Positions 1 to 15,600 of a stretch of DNA of 64,000 nucleotides are shown one piece after another. The DNA is from Tubiluchus corallicola (Eukaryota > Animalia > Priapulida), in the NCBI GenBank assembly GCA_030141605.1, contig JAQGDQ010000035.1, forward strand, positions 434,001 to 498,000, given 5' to 3'. Position 1 is the stretch's first letter, and each line of letters opens with the position of its first letter. The position numbers were made by a program, and so were the translations under genes. The notes beneath the pieces are model-generated. The model was given only the letters and a program-made list of their open reading frames with translations. It did not search any database and was not told the origin of the DNA.

Positions 1-602
1 ATCTTAGGGGACAGGTTAACGATATCAGGATTACCACTCATCAAAGATGAAAAGTCTACTGTTGTAATGGTAAAGGCTATGAGATGACAAGGGTGGGCAA
101 TTTTTTAAGAGCAGATTAGGCTAATTTCCACCAGGCTAGCTAGTCATTCAGTTCCTACCAAAAGCTCTGGAAGATACATTGGTTCAACAGCAGTTTTTTA
201 TAACTGGGCTAATGTAACCGTAAAAACGTTTTAGATAAAACACATTTACAAGCAAAATAGGGTGCCTAAATGAAACTTATGAACTAATTACAAGCAAAGT
301 TTGGGGCTTTCAGATGAAACTTATAAAAAAACTAATGTTTTTCAATAAAGTTAAAGCAGGTGACTTTCTTATAGCAATCTAAACAACTTAATACGGGACA
401 ACTAATAATAATAAAAATTATCTCAGATAGTCTTAGCTTTGTGCCTACAATGAAATTATTTTAGTTTAACAATAAAAATAACATATGTCTGGTAAGATTA
501 TCTATTGCAGTTGTTCTCATCACTAAGCAAGTGCATTGCAAACACACATTGACCAACACCATAAAAGATGCAAATATTATGATTTGAAGATATTGGACTG
601 AC

Positions 603-3600
603 CAGGCTCAGAAGGCCGAAAAACAGCTTGCACATTTACACCATTAGGAAACTGAAAACGAACAATGCATCGTGGATAACGAGAAAACTTTCCTTGTTTT
701 TTAAATTCCCTCATTTGTGCTGTCTGCAGTGGTTCCTCTTCAAACATTTGTCTACAATAGAAAAGCCATAAAAATAATAAAACTTGTCCAGTGTCTATTT
801 AATAATGTGCCATTTGTTACTTATTTTTACATGAGAATATGAAGGTCATCAAGAAGATCACAATTAAATTTATAATTTATTCTATGACAAAAAAGCAATG
901 GAATTACAAATCAGCAATGCAAAAAATTCTCCCTCCAAAGAACAATCACTAACATACTATGACTATACCCAGCGACACAAATGATACAATTGTCATTTTG
1001 TATCCACTGAAATCAGTAAATTATACCAATGAAATTGTTTCATTATTAAAGCATCATTTGTTGCATTATTAAAGCAGTAAATGACAAAAGAAATACAGTT
1101 TACCACCTTTCTTGATGCATGAGATGTTTATATGAAAATGAAATAACTTCTTATTCGTAACTGATAATTTAAACGACAAACTAATTTCACCACTAACGCT
1201 AGGCAACAATGTAAATATAAATATCTGTTTAAAGTTTTAACAGCAGATGCTGAGACCACTGAGTTGCTTGCTAGAATACAGTTTAGGTTGAACCTTGAAT
1301 ACAGGTCAATGGACAGATGGTAAGAATCATAGTATATGTATGAGAACCTACAAGTCTGAGGTGGGATGAATAGTCAAGTGGTCTTATAAGCGTGCTTCCT
1401 GTGAATGGCTGTTGACCACCTTGGTTCGATACTTACTCTGGGAAGTTAGTTTGCCTGTGTAATATCGTGTCTTTGTTTTGTTTTCATTTAAGAACGAGTC
1501 CGCGAGAGCACCATGCAGAGGGTGGCACATGAGGGGTGACGAATTTATATCATTTTTTTCTAACATGAAGGGCGACCCCCAAAACCATATAACCAAGATA
1601 TCAAATCGATCGAGCTACTATTAGCAGAGAAATGACCACATCAAGAAATTGACCTCAAAAGAGGCAAAAAATCACTATTTTGGGGGGTTATTTTAACTTT
1701 TTCTCCTGTATAAACTATTATAGATGGGTCGATGTAAGTTGGCTGGTACATAGACCCAGACATTGTCTTCTGATATCCTAACTTTTTCTGACATACTATT
1801 AATAGTATCAGAGAACGGGATTTTCCAAATTCGGCTCTTTGTTAAGAGTCCAGGGAGAGGTTAAGTTGTAAGGTTCATAACTTTTCCACTGCGGGTTTAC
1901 AGAACTTCTGGTTTTCATGTATGTGTTAACCATCATCCTCACTAATAATATAAAAAAGAAAATTCGCTGGAGCCTGTTTCAACACTTAGTACTGGCAATT
2001 TAAAATTTCACAAAAATCAGCGAAATTCGCCTTTTTTGTAGTTTTTCAATATTTTTTCTATCTATATGCTGGATTATAAGTGACAAATCTGTATTCTAAA
2101 TTTCATGAAAACGCACGAGCTGAGACAATATCATGAATGACATTATATAAAGGGGGCACTGTTAGAAAAAATTGCCATATCAACACACTTTTTTACTTTC
2201 CATAGTTATTCCGTCCATGTGTAAAAAGTAGACATACTTGGCTCAGGTCGTATATGACAGTAGACATTTAGCCACATTTAACCTGCATTTTCTGTGACTA
2301 GTGCTCTAATTTCCTAGTAGCAATAGATTGCTTTGCCATGGAAATTGCTAGAAATTTGCGAATTTCAACTTAAATTGGTTTAGTTATGTCGGAATTTTCA
2401 TATGGCTACAAATATTAATAATTGCCTCTTCTGATGGATTTCAGGACAGGACATCATGCATGCCCCTAGTACCGAGTCCGACCCTGATTCGGGCATTCTC
2501 TACACACTGAATTGCTAATGGATACCAGGAAAGACTAAACAATAAACCCTCTAATAGAAAAGAAGTACCGATTGTTAAGATTGAGAGTCATTTCTAGCGA
2601 ACGAATCTGACAACACTTGGTATATACATATAAATTAGAAATCCGTTCATTTTTATACATCCGTTCATTTTTTATACTTTTTATGTGAATAAGCTTCATG
2701 GCTATACATAGAAGATTATGAATATCAGTACAAAAATGAAAAACTACAAAACTCAGTCAGAATTAATTTCTCTAAGTCCAAAATACTGTTCTTATTGTAG
2801 CAGCATAATCCTATCACTGACGAGTAGTACAAGTAATCAAAACCATAATATATAAATAATAGAGAAAGAATTATCGATGCAGGTAGATTATCGCTAGAAG
2901 ATAGATACAGAAATATAGACAAATATATCATGGGGAAAGTGATAAAGAATATAGAAAAGATATAGAAAGATATAAAGATATAGAAAATCTTACAGTCTAA
3001 ACATGAGACAATATAAGCGTATGGGCCACTTCTAGGGGGATGGCAGTGATATTTAGCTCAGAAAATTTTTCTTCGCCCAAAATTTATTTGTGGCACAAAA
3101 TCGATACTTCTGACAAAAAATATTAATAGTGTGATTGAATGATTGCGCCAATGGCACAAAAATTTTCGATGTTTTACAGTCAAAAAATCACTGGACAAGT
3201 CGTCTGTCCCATATTTTTTGGGCATTCACTCAGATTTAGGGCAATTTTCTTTGTTACCTGGCTTGTACGCCTATGTAAGACAATGAGTAATAACTAGGTA
3301 ATAACCTGTACATAACATTTACAAAGCATAGAAAATAAACAGTCCATAAAACATTTTCCAGTCCTTGCAAGAAGCAATTTCCATTCCGTAGATATTTCAT
3401 TTTTTTAAGATTGGAAGCGCTCTAAATGCGGTCCAGTGTCTTTAGTACAGGCTAATAGATTCACAATATTCGTTTCGTGTGGATAACTAGTCAGAATACC
3501 GCATTTAACACTGGTAAACAGCCCAGAAAACGAACATTTTAGTTCAGTAGTGGTCGGCATCTTGAATGATGGAGTCCAATCCTGTCAGTAGTTTAACCAA

Positions 3601-6600
3601 TGTGCTGGCCAGGCCCCTAGTTGCCAAAGATGAAGTTATGATGTTTTGAAGTATTTTGACAAGATTTGACAACTCATGTTTACCTACACGAAGCTTTTGG
3701 ATGAAGGTTGTTACCTATATTTTCACCCTGATATATGCCTCTTTCAAGGGTCTTTTACAATAGGGTGGAAATTCGCTCCATCGAAATTGTCACTGCAGCA
3801 TAGTGGGATGGGATGCTCTATTCGCATACATATCGATATTTTTGTCCCCGCCCCCGCAGTGGGGGAGATATAAGACTTTGAAATGACTGAGTATTTGCAT
3901 CTTGTGCGTAATGCGAGCTTAAAGACCCCCAGTAGAGCTGAAAGAGGGGGGTTTGGGACAAAAGTCGAAAAGTCATTTTGGAGAAGATAACAAGATCCAA
4001 TACTGTGCAGAGTCAGATCTATTCAAACTCAGTAGTTGCTGCATGACTAATCCTTCAAATATGAGTAAAAAATAGAGAAAAATAGGCATTTTTTCATGAA
4101 AATCGGCCTATGCTGTACCTCTGCTACTATGAGGAGTTGGGCCAAGCGGATTCACATAGTGAATACTAGTGACTAGTGGACCTCATACCCGAACTTTGGT
4201 CTGAATCGGTGTACCTAACCTTGTGCCGGAATTTTTCGATTTTGCATGGTCTTCTGGCGGACACGTTCTTAATATGCATCGTTTTCTACGTTTACACAGT
4301 TTCTTTCTAGGTTTTAAGTCAAATTATGCTTCAAAAGTTAACACTGTAAAAGAACTGTTGCCATGTTTTATTAAGAGATAGCCAGCTTGAATTTAGGCTT
4401 CACAGTACAACAGCAGTGAACGTTGTAAAATATTTGTACTAAATGGCGTTATTACTTAGCCAATGGTTGTGTTGTTCCATCCCGTTATTAGTTGAAACAT
4501 TATGACTGATTATACAGTCACTATTGAATATTTATGATGATTTTCACTGAGAAAAACTTACTTTATCGTATTGTATTTTTCTGTTAACTTGCCAAGTCTA
4601 TAATTAGTAAATAAGATGAATCAACAACTTTCATTAGATGTTTTGATGTCAGTGCTTTTGCAAGTAACAAGATTAATAATAATTACAGCATTATGAGTGT
4701 AGATAATTTTAGACTGCGTTAGTGTTATGTTATGTAATGTACGCAAAATAAACTGTTTGAAATTGAAATTGAAAAAGCTTCATTTGCTGTACTGATTGTG
4801 GCTGTTTACCTCAAAAAGGGAAGATACTACTTTTGGTTCAGTAATACATCTTACAGGATTATCCTTGATAATGTGCTAGGCTCAGTTTTTCCGCCAATAC
4901 AAGAGGCACCATTTATTAGACTCAGAATTAATAGACTTAGGCGCCTAAGTTAATCAAAAATGCCCTATACGGGCCGCTCCTATTCACGTGTATAAAAAGT
5001 GCTGAGAATTGACTCAGATAACTCCACATAATTGAGTCAACATTTTTGCATCATGTACTCAAAATAAGGCAATTGTGTCTGATTAAAGCGCTTTTACTAC
5101 TTTCACGTCATCTTTACATCAATTCTGTGAACTATAATGTACATAGAAACAGTCATGTTAAGTTGTTAAGCACATCTTTGTTTGTAATTAGGTATGTTTA
5201 TCACGTGCTAATATGCTAGTAAACTGGCTTTGCTTTGAATCTGTCATGAATTCTGGAAGCTAAACTTTAATCATTTGACTAGCAGTTTGCTTTCGAAGCT
5301 CCTGCTGCTTTTCACGGGGGAAACAACATTATTACCAACTGCAGCTCTAGCACTAGGTGGCTAGATGTTTTGTTTAAATACGTGCAGCGTAAAGCAACAG
5401 ATTTTCAGCGTTTTAATCAGTACGAGAATTTCATTAACCAACCTTTTTGTGAAGAAATGAAGCTGCCGGCTTTGAATGAATTTCTGTAATTTTTAGTGTT
5501 AGTAATCACATTGTGAGGTGTTTTTATTTTCTTTTAAATTAATTAACTTATATAAATTAGTATTCTTACATAATTGCACATGGGAATTTAGACATTTTGT
5601 TTATAAAATTCATTTAGAGGCTTTACAGTGCATCCTAAGGTGATGAGTGATGACTCATACTTCTGTAGTAGTAATGTCACACCCGTCGGTCAATATATTC
5701 AGTCGGTTAATTGGGTCACAGCACAGTCATCCCAAAATGAGCCTATCAGGTGGCACTTACTGTATTGTCATTAAGTACAGTAGGTCTTGCAGTAAAATAC
5801 TGGCTTCCGCTTTTAGCGTACAGAAATATACAAAAATATAATTAAAAATCCTGTGCAACACTCAATTACTGCCTCATTATGTTCACATGTTGCAGTAATA
5901 TCTAACCACAACCACCACGAAGCCTAAATTTTGTCTTTTCAAGTACAATCTTGAAATAATTTATTAATAACCAACAACTATTACCTCTGAAATCTCAAAT
6001 CGGTGATCATACTCTTAACATCCTCTATGGTAACATCAAAGAAGTTATCGCTGGGATCCTCTAATGCATGAGTTCGCTCTGGTATATCATGCAAACTATA
6101 TATTACTAACTCACGGTCACAAGGCTAAAATAAAAATATTAACATGTAAACGGAGGCATGCAATAAATCATCAAAGTTTTGTTTAAAAAACGATTAAACT
6201 ACCTATTGGTTACTTATACAGCTTTACAGAAAGCCATACACTCATATCTATGTTTGCCGGACCTCGCGTTTACGGATACATAAAATTGGACAAAATCTGG
6301 ACCGCTAACAAGTCACGTACATCATGTAGAAGAAAATATAGAGTAAGTTATACGGAGTTATTTGGTCAATTGCTGACAGTTTTTGTAAACTTTTGCATAG
6401 GAGTGGCCTGTATTAGATGTTTTTGAGACAATTAGGCGATTGATTCTGCATTACCGTGAATCTAATACATGGCACCTGCTGTATTAGCTTTGTCTCAGTA
6501 AATACAGATAATCGGCAAATTCGGACCAATGTCTCCCTACTTTTGTCCAGCAAACCGAGATATGAGTGTATGTAATTTACCTCTGTATTAAGCTTCTCCA

Positions 6601-9600
6601 TAGTAGTGCTAAGTTCATTCTCATAAACATGTTTGCCTTTACTATCTTCTGGAAACTGAAATGAAACATTTAAGCAACATCAGATTCGAGAAACACGTAC
6701 ATTTTTCAGCAATGTCCACGCATTTATTGGCTGACGAAACTGCATTTAATGTTATAGGACGCCAGTAAAACTGTTATTTAACAAATTTAATATGGTCAAA
6801 TTCAGGACTTTGTTGTACGTGATTTTTTGCACCAATTTCACTGAAAATTTTTCATAGTTTTTTTTTAATAAGGAGGCATATGTTTTAACTTTTCAATCAA
6901 ATAACTTTGCATGAATTGCAGTGAACTTCAGTCTTCCTCTGTTAACCTCTTTCATGTAAAACATTGCTGCAGCTTTTAGTGACTAATATCTTTGTTTATG
7001 TTTCTCACTTTTCTTTAATTTCTTTGTGTTTTTTTATGTGATGGTTCGGACTAGAAGGGCCACAGGTACCTGAAAACCACCTTTTGAAGTAGCATGAGCC
7101 AAAAGGCTAATTTGTGCTAATTTTAAGATATGTTCATAAAATGTTCATGGGAATAAATATTTTGTTCGTTGTTTTTTCTAAATAATACGTGGATTATTTT
7201 CTTTTCATTGGTTAATGACATTTTATCCGACTCTCAATAAACAAGTAATGACATGTAATAACAAATTTAATAAGGTTCCAAATATAAAAAAAAATGACAA
7301 TGAGCATCAATGTACAAAAAAGGAAAACCCTTTCCCCAGAATACTGGCGATCTACCCAGGTTTTGCTGAGTGTTCACTGACGGTACAACAGTCCACGCTG
7401 ACAGTCACAGCTTACAGATTTCTTGCATGACAGTGTTGAACAGACGACGTTCCAAACATGGTAAACAATTTAACGTCTACGTGAAGCACAGGATCCCATA
7501 TGGCGATGGAAACAGCCATCACACTCCTCAAGTGAAACTGACCACTTTACAGTCTACCATGCCTATGGTGTTAACCCAACAAATGGCAATTACCTGACAA
7601 TAGAATCGGCAGGTAAAAAAATCCAGGTCACACTGCTCACGTGAACGTCTGGCTTCAGTGATTTAACTTTAAGGTAAAGATCTTCCGCTATGATGGAATA
7701 CTCGTGTACCCACCCAAGTGACCTAGCTACCAGGGGTAGTAATTTATGAGATCAAAATGTGATTTTGTAGAACATCAAATTAAATTAAAAATGCAAAAGA
7801 AAAGTGAATTTTAACTCATCATCATCAGCCTAGCTTATGAATGTAAACAAATAATGTGCACGGTTGTTAGACTAGTGGTTCCCTACATTACCATACTGGA
7901 CCATCACACTTTACTTTTTTATAAAAAATAACTATATATATATTTACTTGAATAGTAACAATGATTTATCATGAATATCATTCACTGGATTAATATTATT
8001 ATCATGAAAACATACTGATATATTACTTGTATGATAAAAACTGTGAACAGAAAAAACAGTCTTAGCAACAAAAATCAGCTTTTGTTTATAGATACTTTAG
8101 TTGTGATAATTTGAAATTATAAAATGTGAGCACTGTGTGTTTTTGTGCAGTCCAGTAGCACAAAAGCATTTATGCATAACATATATTAATACTGATGTTT
8201 GCGCAAGACTGGAACCTATTAGAGAAAAGTAAGCATTTCGAATGAAATAATAGATTATCCGATATATATGGGGTAGTCAGGCTTGGCATTATCGACTTTA
8301 AGCACCTGCTGTGACCACTCTGCTGTTCCTTTTGTAAACTGTACATTTATAGAATCACAGTAAGTGATTGAATTTCAAATTTTTGCTCAAACAGAGTAAA
8401 TGACTTTACACTTACCCAAAAACTATATTAATCCTAATCTGATTCTCAAATTTAATTTTAGCATTCACAAATTTAGGAAATACATAAGTTACAGCATTTC
8501 CCTTAGTTAGTCGACTCATTTTGTTCATTCCCTCTTGCCAGCACTTATAACAAGTACATAATGAAAAGAAAATGACACTAAACTTCTTGACTATATAAAT
8601 ATAATGAAAATATTAGAAAAGAGAAAACTGACCAAAAAGTTGACTGAAAAGCTGACAATGGAATATTAGCATGTATAAACCAATAGAAAATGAAACCTTT
8701 CATGCAGTGACACAGGTAAAGCTCGTGGTACTCACAGCGGCACTTGACTTGACACCCCACCACCCCATGAAAAACCAAGGTAGCAATATCCTTCTGATTT
8801 GAGGTTTGTGAAGTTTAGTGATGTTGCATTGCAGTTGCAATAAATTGTAGAGATAAATTGATAAAATAATTAAGCTCTATTGAAAAATTGTTTGTAAAGA
8901 AATAAATTTTCCTAAACTGAAATTCAATCAATTCTACAAGTTGCTAAAAGTGTTCTTAAAGTTACGTTTCTTAGCAGTGAATGGGTCACAATCTAAGCTT
9001 GATGAGCTTTTGAAAAGAAGCATTTATTTATAACCTTTGCTCTGGATACATCCTTGAATTGTATACACAAAGAAAATCAACCACAAAATAGAAAATTTAG
9101 TGACTGCAGAAAATTAAATGAAAATTTAATACACAAAGAAGCATCACTTACTTTAAATGCTTGAAAATGAGGTTCAGGTTGACTGAATGCAACTGACGTC
9201 TCGGGAACGGATGACGGCGACTGAGATTGAGAAGCAAAATATTCTCGAGCAATGGACACTATCTCATCCTTATTCTGCTGCATAAATTAGACAATAAGCA
9301 TAGTTAGTTCATGCAGACTTTCACAGCGCAACAGCTGGCAACTTCCATCAGAAAAAAATGTCACTGAACATGTATAATAATATTTTACTCCTAATTATAT
9401 TTTCAAAGTGGCAGCTGTCAATTCTGACAGACAAGATTTAACTCAAGATTGTATGATGCATTGTGGAATTTACCCATTTAATAGGCTACAAAATATTACT
9501 AATCCACTTGTAATAACACTTAGTTAAGCTAATAAGTTCATGGTTGAAACAAGGTTTGTAGCTGAATGATAGGCACAGGGGCTTTCAAGTGCGTGGCAAG

Positions 9601-12600
9601 GCGGCCGCTTAGGTAACTATCCTCAATACTAGCTTGCAGTGAGGTAGTATAATTCATAAACTTGTCCGTTTATCTAGAAAGCCACAATCAAACTCACGTT
9701 TACGTGTTTCATTTGAGACTCTTGGCATATCACTTGACCCAGAAATACCTTATGTTACTACAGTTAAAAATTCAAAAGAACAAAGACTTCACGTAAGGTA
9801 TGTTTACGTTACTTCCTAACCTAGGGCATTTCGTTGTTTTTTAAGGTCACCGAAAGGCATTAAGGCAATGGACCCAAAAAGCAAGAAAGGCAAATTAACC
9901 GAAAATGAACTCAAAAACTGATCGGTGATGGGGAAACGAATTCCTAAAATGAAACAGCCAACTCTCCTTAAGCAAAGACACAGCTTTCCTGCTATGTTCA
10001 TGTATTTTTATTCAGGTGAATGGTAGCATGAACATGACGAAAACTAGTTATAATATTGCAGACATCTGTGTCTGCATAAAAGCCATGCCTTTGTTTAAGT
10101 AAGAGCTGGTTGTTATTTTCATTTTTAGCTTAAAAATTAATGTAATTTTTTACTACAGTAATACTTCTTAGGCTGAAAAATGTTTACTAATTAGTAATTT
10201 CAATACGACAGTGGACAAGCAAGTAGCTAGTACAGCCTAACCTGCCACTGTCTCTCAGAGCTTTTTTCCATTGCATCCTTATTGGGCATCGCCTCACTAG
10301 AACTTGAAGAAGTGGCATTTCCTTCCACGTGACTTGTGGCACAAGATGGTACCGATGATGATAACACCTGTTTACCCGAAGTTTTTTTATTTGCACTTTC
10401 GTTTAATCTAGCTTGCTGTTTACTTTGCCTGTCAACTTCTTGGTTTATTCTAAGCATAGTTTCCTCATCAGTCTGTCTGTGTATTAACCTAAATTGCAAA
10501 AAATTGTTTACTGCAAAGTGCCAATGTACCAAGCTCAAAAGAATAAGCAATACATGTGTATATTGGGAGTAATTAACAAGTTAGCATAGTAGGTCATCAA
10601 TTACTGGAGCTTTGCATTTCAAGGAAATCTTACAAATGCGTCACATAGATATTTTCAAAAGCAAAGGTTACAATAAGACAGTGTTCTGTGACAATAAGCC
10701 ATAAAACTCAACAGTTTCTTACATGGTAAAAATATTATTGTAAATCAAAATTAAGCTTTAGCTTTAAACATATATGTACAGAAATTCACAAACCTAATTA
10801 ACGCACTTCCATGAATTATTCCTAATGATTTTAACGTAGTGGCGCCTAAAGCTTTTTCTCCAATAATTTCCTGGCTTGCGTATGTACAAACAGGATGGAG
10901 AACTGTACCTGAATCATCTGTCTGTGATAACAATGTTCCATGAAATTTCCTGAAACAGAAATATCAAATTTAATAAATTAATTCTAACTAAAAATTTTTA
11001 ATTGTTTATTAATTTAATGTGCATTAACACTATTATACCCTAATAGTAAAGGCATCATGTGCTAGCTTACAGCACAAACTGCATATACTAGACATTTGTT
11101 GTTGGCTTGTGCAACCACAGCACACAAGCGACATAAATCACTGAGTAAAGTGACTATAAATCTCTGAAAACCAACTAACATCAAAACAACCCAAACTGTC
11201 AGCTCCTAAAAGATGCTCACCTTACAAATTATAATCACCCAAGCTAAGTGACACAAGTAAAAATTATAAGTTGATATATATTGTATATACTTTCTCCTGG
11301 GAAACTCTCAAATGTTTTTAATTTACTTAAATTAATTTCTCAATGTCTGTGTACAGTGTATTTGTATTGAGTATTTTGAATAGTTAATAGAATCAGTCAC
11401 CTAATTGACTCAAAAACGTCTGGTATAGGGTCGCTCCTATTCAAAAGTATATAAAAACTGTCGGTAATTGACTCAAATAACTTCACATAATTGACTCATT
11501 ATTTTTCCTTCATGCACTTAAAATAAGACACTTGTATGTACCCAACGCGCATACATGTCATGTTACATGTCATAGAAACAGTCATGTTAGGTATAGTTTT
11601 GTTTGTAAGCAGATACGTTTATCACAGAGCTAACACATTAACACAGCGATTTTGCTTTGTATCAGGCACCCTTTTATCCACTGCAGTTAACTTCGTTGCT
11701 TCTGGAAGAAACAAGGTCATCACCAACTGCAGCTGAAAATCTAGGTGACTAGAGGTTTTGCATGAATATGTGCAGTAGCATGTTTTTATCATTATGAGAA
11801 TTTCATAAACCAACTTCTTTATTAAGAAATGAAGCAACTGACCTTCCATGAATTTTTGTCATTTTTAGTGGTAATAATCAGATTTGTGCAATTTTTTATA
11901 TTCTTTTATTAATTCACGCATATAAATTAGTATTCTTAAATAATTACACATAGGAATTTTTGACATTAATATGTTCCTAAAATTCATTTAAAGCCTTTGC
12001 AATGTATAACTAAGGTGTTGAGTCACGGCTCACACTTCAATAGTAGTAAGATTCTATATCTGTCAGCTAATTGAATCAGTCGGTTAATTGGGTCAAAACA
12101 TTTTCGTCCGAAAGCGGGTCTATTAAGCGGCGCCTACTGTATTTTTAATTTGCTCTTGTAAGCATTTTTGTAATTTTTCTATTCATTTGTACACAGTTTT
12201 AATTTAGTTTTTAAGTGTGTTAGTTTAAATGTATAGGCCTATTAATAATGACACTATTGTTTTTATCAGTTTTTTATTAGCTTTTGCATACAAATTTTAA
12301 TGTAAATGACATCCAATTTCATGTTTGCATTGTATGTAATTGTTTAGGAATAAAGAATACTAATAATAATGATAATAATAATAAAGCAGCAGTTACTATA
12401 TTACTGTAATTCAACTTTCGTTTTTCTGAGAAACATTTTTCTGTAAATTAATTTGATATTGTTGCACAATTTCATACTCATGTTTCTGCTCAATAAATTG
12501 TAGAACTTGCAACAATGACATCCGAGGTAAGGTTTTCTCTTGTATTCTATCTCCACTTGGCAACTGCACAGCAACAATGACCTCAGTTTCTTTCCTTGAG

Positions 12601-15600
12601 TTCGTGGCTTCTGATAATTCTAACTGTGCTTTGTTTGGCAAATTAGCAAGGCGAAAAGGCAATGTTACATCTAGAATGCTTCGACCATACCTGAAACGAA
12701 AGACATCAGCAACTTTCATCATTCTAATGTATCTTGTATACACTGAAGTGTATACGGAGTTATTAGAAATGTTGTTGATGATTTTAGTTGGCAGTTCACT
12801 GCAAGAAAAAACAGGTGTTCGCACTACAGTCAATAAAAATTCACATGCTGACATGCATGCACTCATGTGCTCACGCATGCAGTACATAAATGATAACTAC
12901 AATTTCATAAGTGAATGATTGGCAATTATCAACCAAATTTAAGCAACAAAGGACTTGGTTAATAAATGAATGGGTGACCATCATGAAAATGATTTTGAGC
13001 AGTTTCATCTGGCATAAGACTTGCTAGTTGGAATGTTGTACTATATATTCAACAGTGGCTAATGACTCTGCTAACTCAGTATCCCATCTTAAAGTATTAC
13101 CATTGACAATAAGAAAGGTTCTGGTCCCACCACATTGACAACCACCAACATATTAAACAGGCCTGTTTGTTCAGTGCTTAAATGGTATAGGCTTGTAGTG
13201 TGTTAAAAATAACGGGATGTCGAACTTACTTTAGATCAAAGTCTTCGGGGTTGTAAGATTGTTTCTTGCACGCTTCCTCTAGAATCTAGAAATGTACTTA
13301 ATATATTAATAACAAAAGAAATCATATTAAAAATCTTACGTGTACTTAAATCACACGGTGATGCTAATTCACATTAGTTTAAACAATATTTACTGGTCGT
13401 TTTACAAGTCTAATATCAGTACCAAGAGCATATTTGCCTTGGGATAACTAGGTGGTAGCCCAGGCCAACAGATTTTAAGAAGATAGTGTTAAAAAATCCT
13501 ATCCTCCTCAGAAAATGTGTACCCTTTAACACTAGTAGTATATTTTATAACACTTCACAAGCTGTTACAGAGTCAATTTTTATATAAGTGCCACATAGCA
13601 CATGAAAAGTAATGACATACTGTTCAGATATGGGAACATCTCCATATCCAGGAGTTGAGGGCATACAGATTGGCATAGAAGGGGGAGCCAAACAGTTGTC
13701 TCAGATCAATCCTTCCAAAGCTTTCAGTCCTGATGAAGTATCGGCAAAGATGCTTAAGACAATAGCCACTGAATTGGCGCCATCATTTGCTTTTTTCTTT
13801 CAACAGTACTTTCATATAGGAATTCTTCCTTCTGACTGGAAGCAAACATTGGTAACAGTTGTTTACAAGAAGGGTGAAAAGTCATCGCCTGGAAATTATA
13901 GACCAGTCTCCCAAACATGCCTTTCATGCAAGATAATGGAGCATATCATCTTACGTCACATAATGTTTTGCATCACAATATATTATCAGCTTTTCAACAT
14001 GGTTTTAGATAGAAATTGTCATGTGAAATGCAATTAATTAATGCAGTTCAAGACTTGACACCTACTCTAAACGATCACAGCCAAACAGATGTGGTACTGC
14101 TGGACTTCATCAAAGTTGTTAACACTGTGCCACTTATAGACTCCATCATAAGTTCCATTATTATGGGATTCGTGGAAGGATTGCAGCTTTGATATCTGGC
14201 ATCTCTCTTGGTCAAACTCACACAGTATCTGTCAATGAAAGTAAGTCTTCTTGGTCTCCAGTATCATCAGGAGTGTCGCAGTGCTCAGTCCTGGGGCCAG
14301 TTTTGCTCCGTCTATACATCAACAACATTGGCACAAAAATATCATCCCAACTTAGATTTTCTCTGATGATAGTATTATATACAGGGAGATAACATCTCAA
14401 GAAGATCAGATTCAATTGCAATATGATTTACAGGAACTCCATCGGTTGTCTAAGAACTGGCTTATGCAGTTCAACCCTACCAAGTGTTATATTCTAAGTA
14501 TTACTGATAAACAGAAACCAAGCTCGTTCCAATATACAATTGCAGATGTACCGCTGACAAAGATCAGCTCACATGAATGTCTCGGAGCTACAATAAATCA
14601 AAATCTCAACTGGAATGACCACTGTGATAAGATAAAATCTAAAAATGATGGCAACTTGAGCCTTCTTAGAACGAACAATGCTCACTGATTGTTCTGAGGA
14701 AGTTAAAGCAGACTGCTTATCACACCTTAGTTAGACCTAGGCTGGAAGTGCTTGCTGTGCATGGAGCCCCTACACCCAACATAATATCACCAAATTGGAG
14801 AAGGTTCGAATTCAAGCAAACCGTTTTGTTAAAAATGAGCATCGTTGAGTGGATGGCATTGTGACATCACTGCTTCAGCAACTATTTTCAGTTTAAAAAG
14901 TGCAATGACACAAATTTATTCACAATAACATGTAAAGTCACTAACAGGAAACACCAAAACTGTACAGATTTAGGCAAAATAAATGTTTCGTTGAAAACAG
15001 TAAAGAAGTTTCATAGCAACAGACTCATCAGGCTAAACAGTTTCACAGCAACAGACTAAAGGTGGTAATGTTACAGCTGGCTTACAACAGGGAAACCCAG
15101 ATTGGGCAGAGGCTAACAGTAAGTAGTAATGCCTACATCACAAGTAAAATGCAACCAACATGACAAAGGGGACTGTTGGCAGAATTGGAGACATAGTGCT
15201 CTTACAAAAAGTGCTAGGACTGCCAGCATATATATAGCATAATAAAGTCTATTTAAAATATTTACTATAATAAGTTGGATGAGTACACATCACAATATTA
15301 TTGGGTCTACACACTAAATTTGTACACACTAAAATTTGTTAGTAGAATAATATTAAAATGAAGTCAAGAATTAATAAAATTTGCTTCAAACTATCTGACA
15401 TAATGGAAGAATAAATGCACCATCTATCGATAAATTTAAAATGTATATGAGAAGGGATCATAGACGAGTTGAACTCTAGGTCCTGATTTCATTGCAAAGA
15501 AGATTGTAATGGAAAATAGAGTTTATTATACCTGTAAAACTGTTTTATTTGGAGACACTCCGATGTTGACACGTCTGCCATTAGGACACAAAACAGAAAC

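Noticed and set aside
7215-7660. GC-richer stretch with short ORFs in ASPSCR1 intron 6
   Set aside because: No recognisable domain, termini or usable splice sites; flanking exons join without it.
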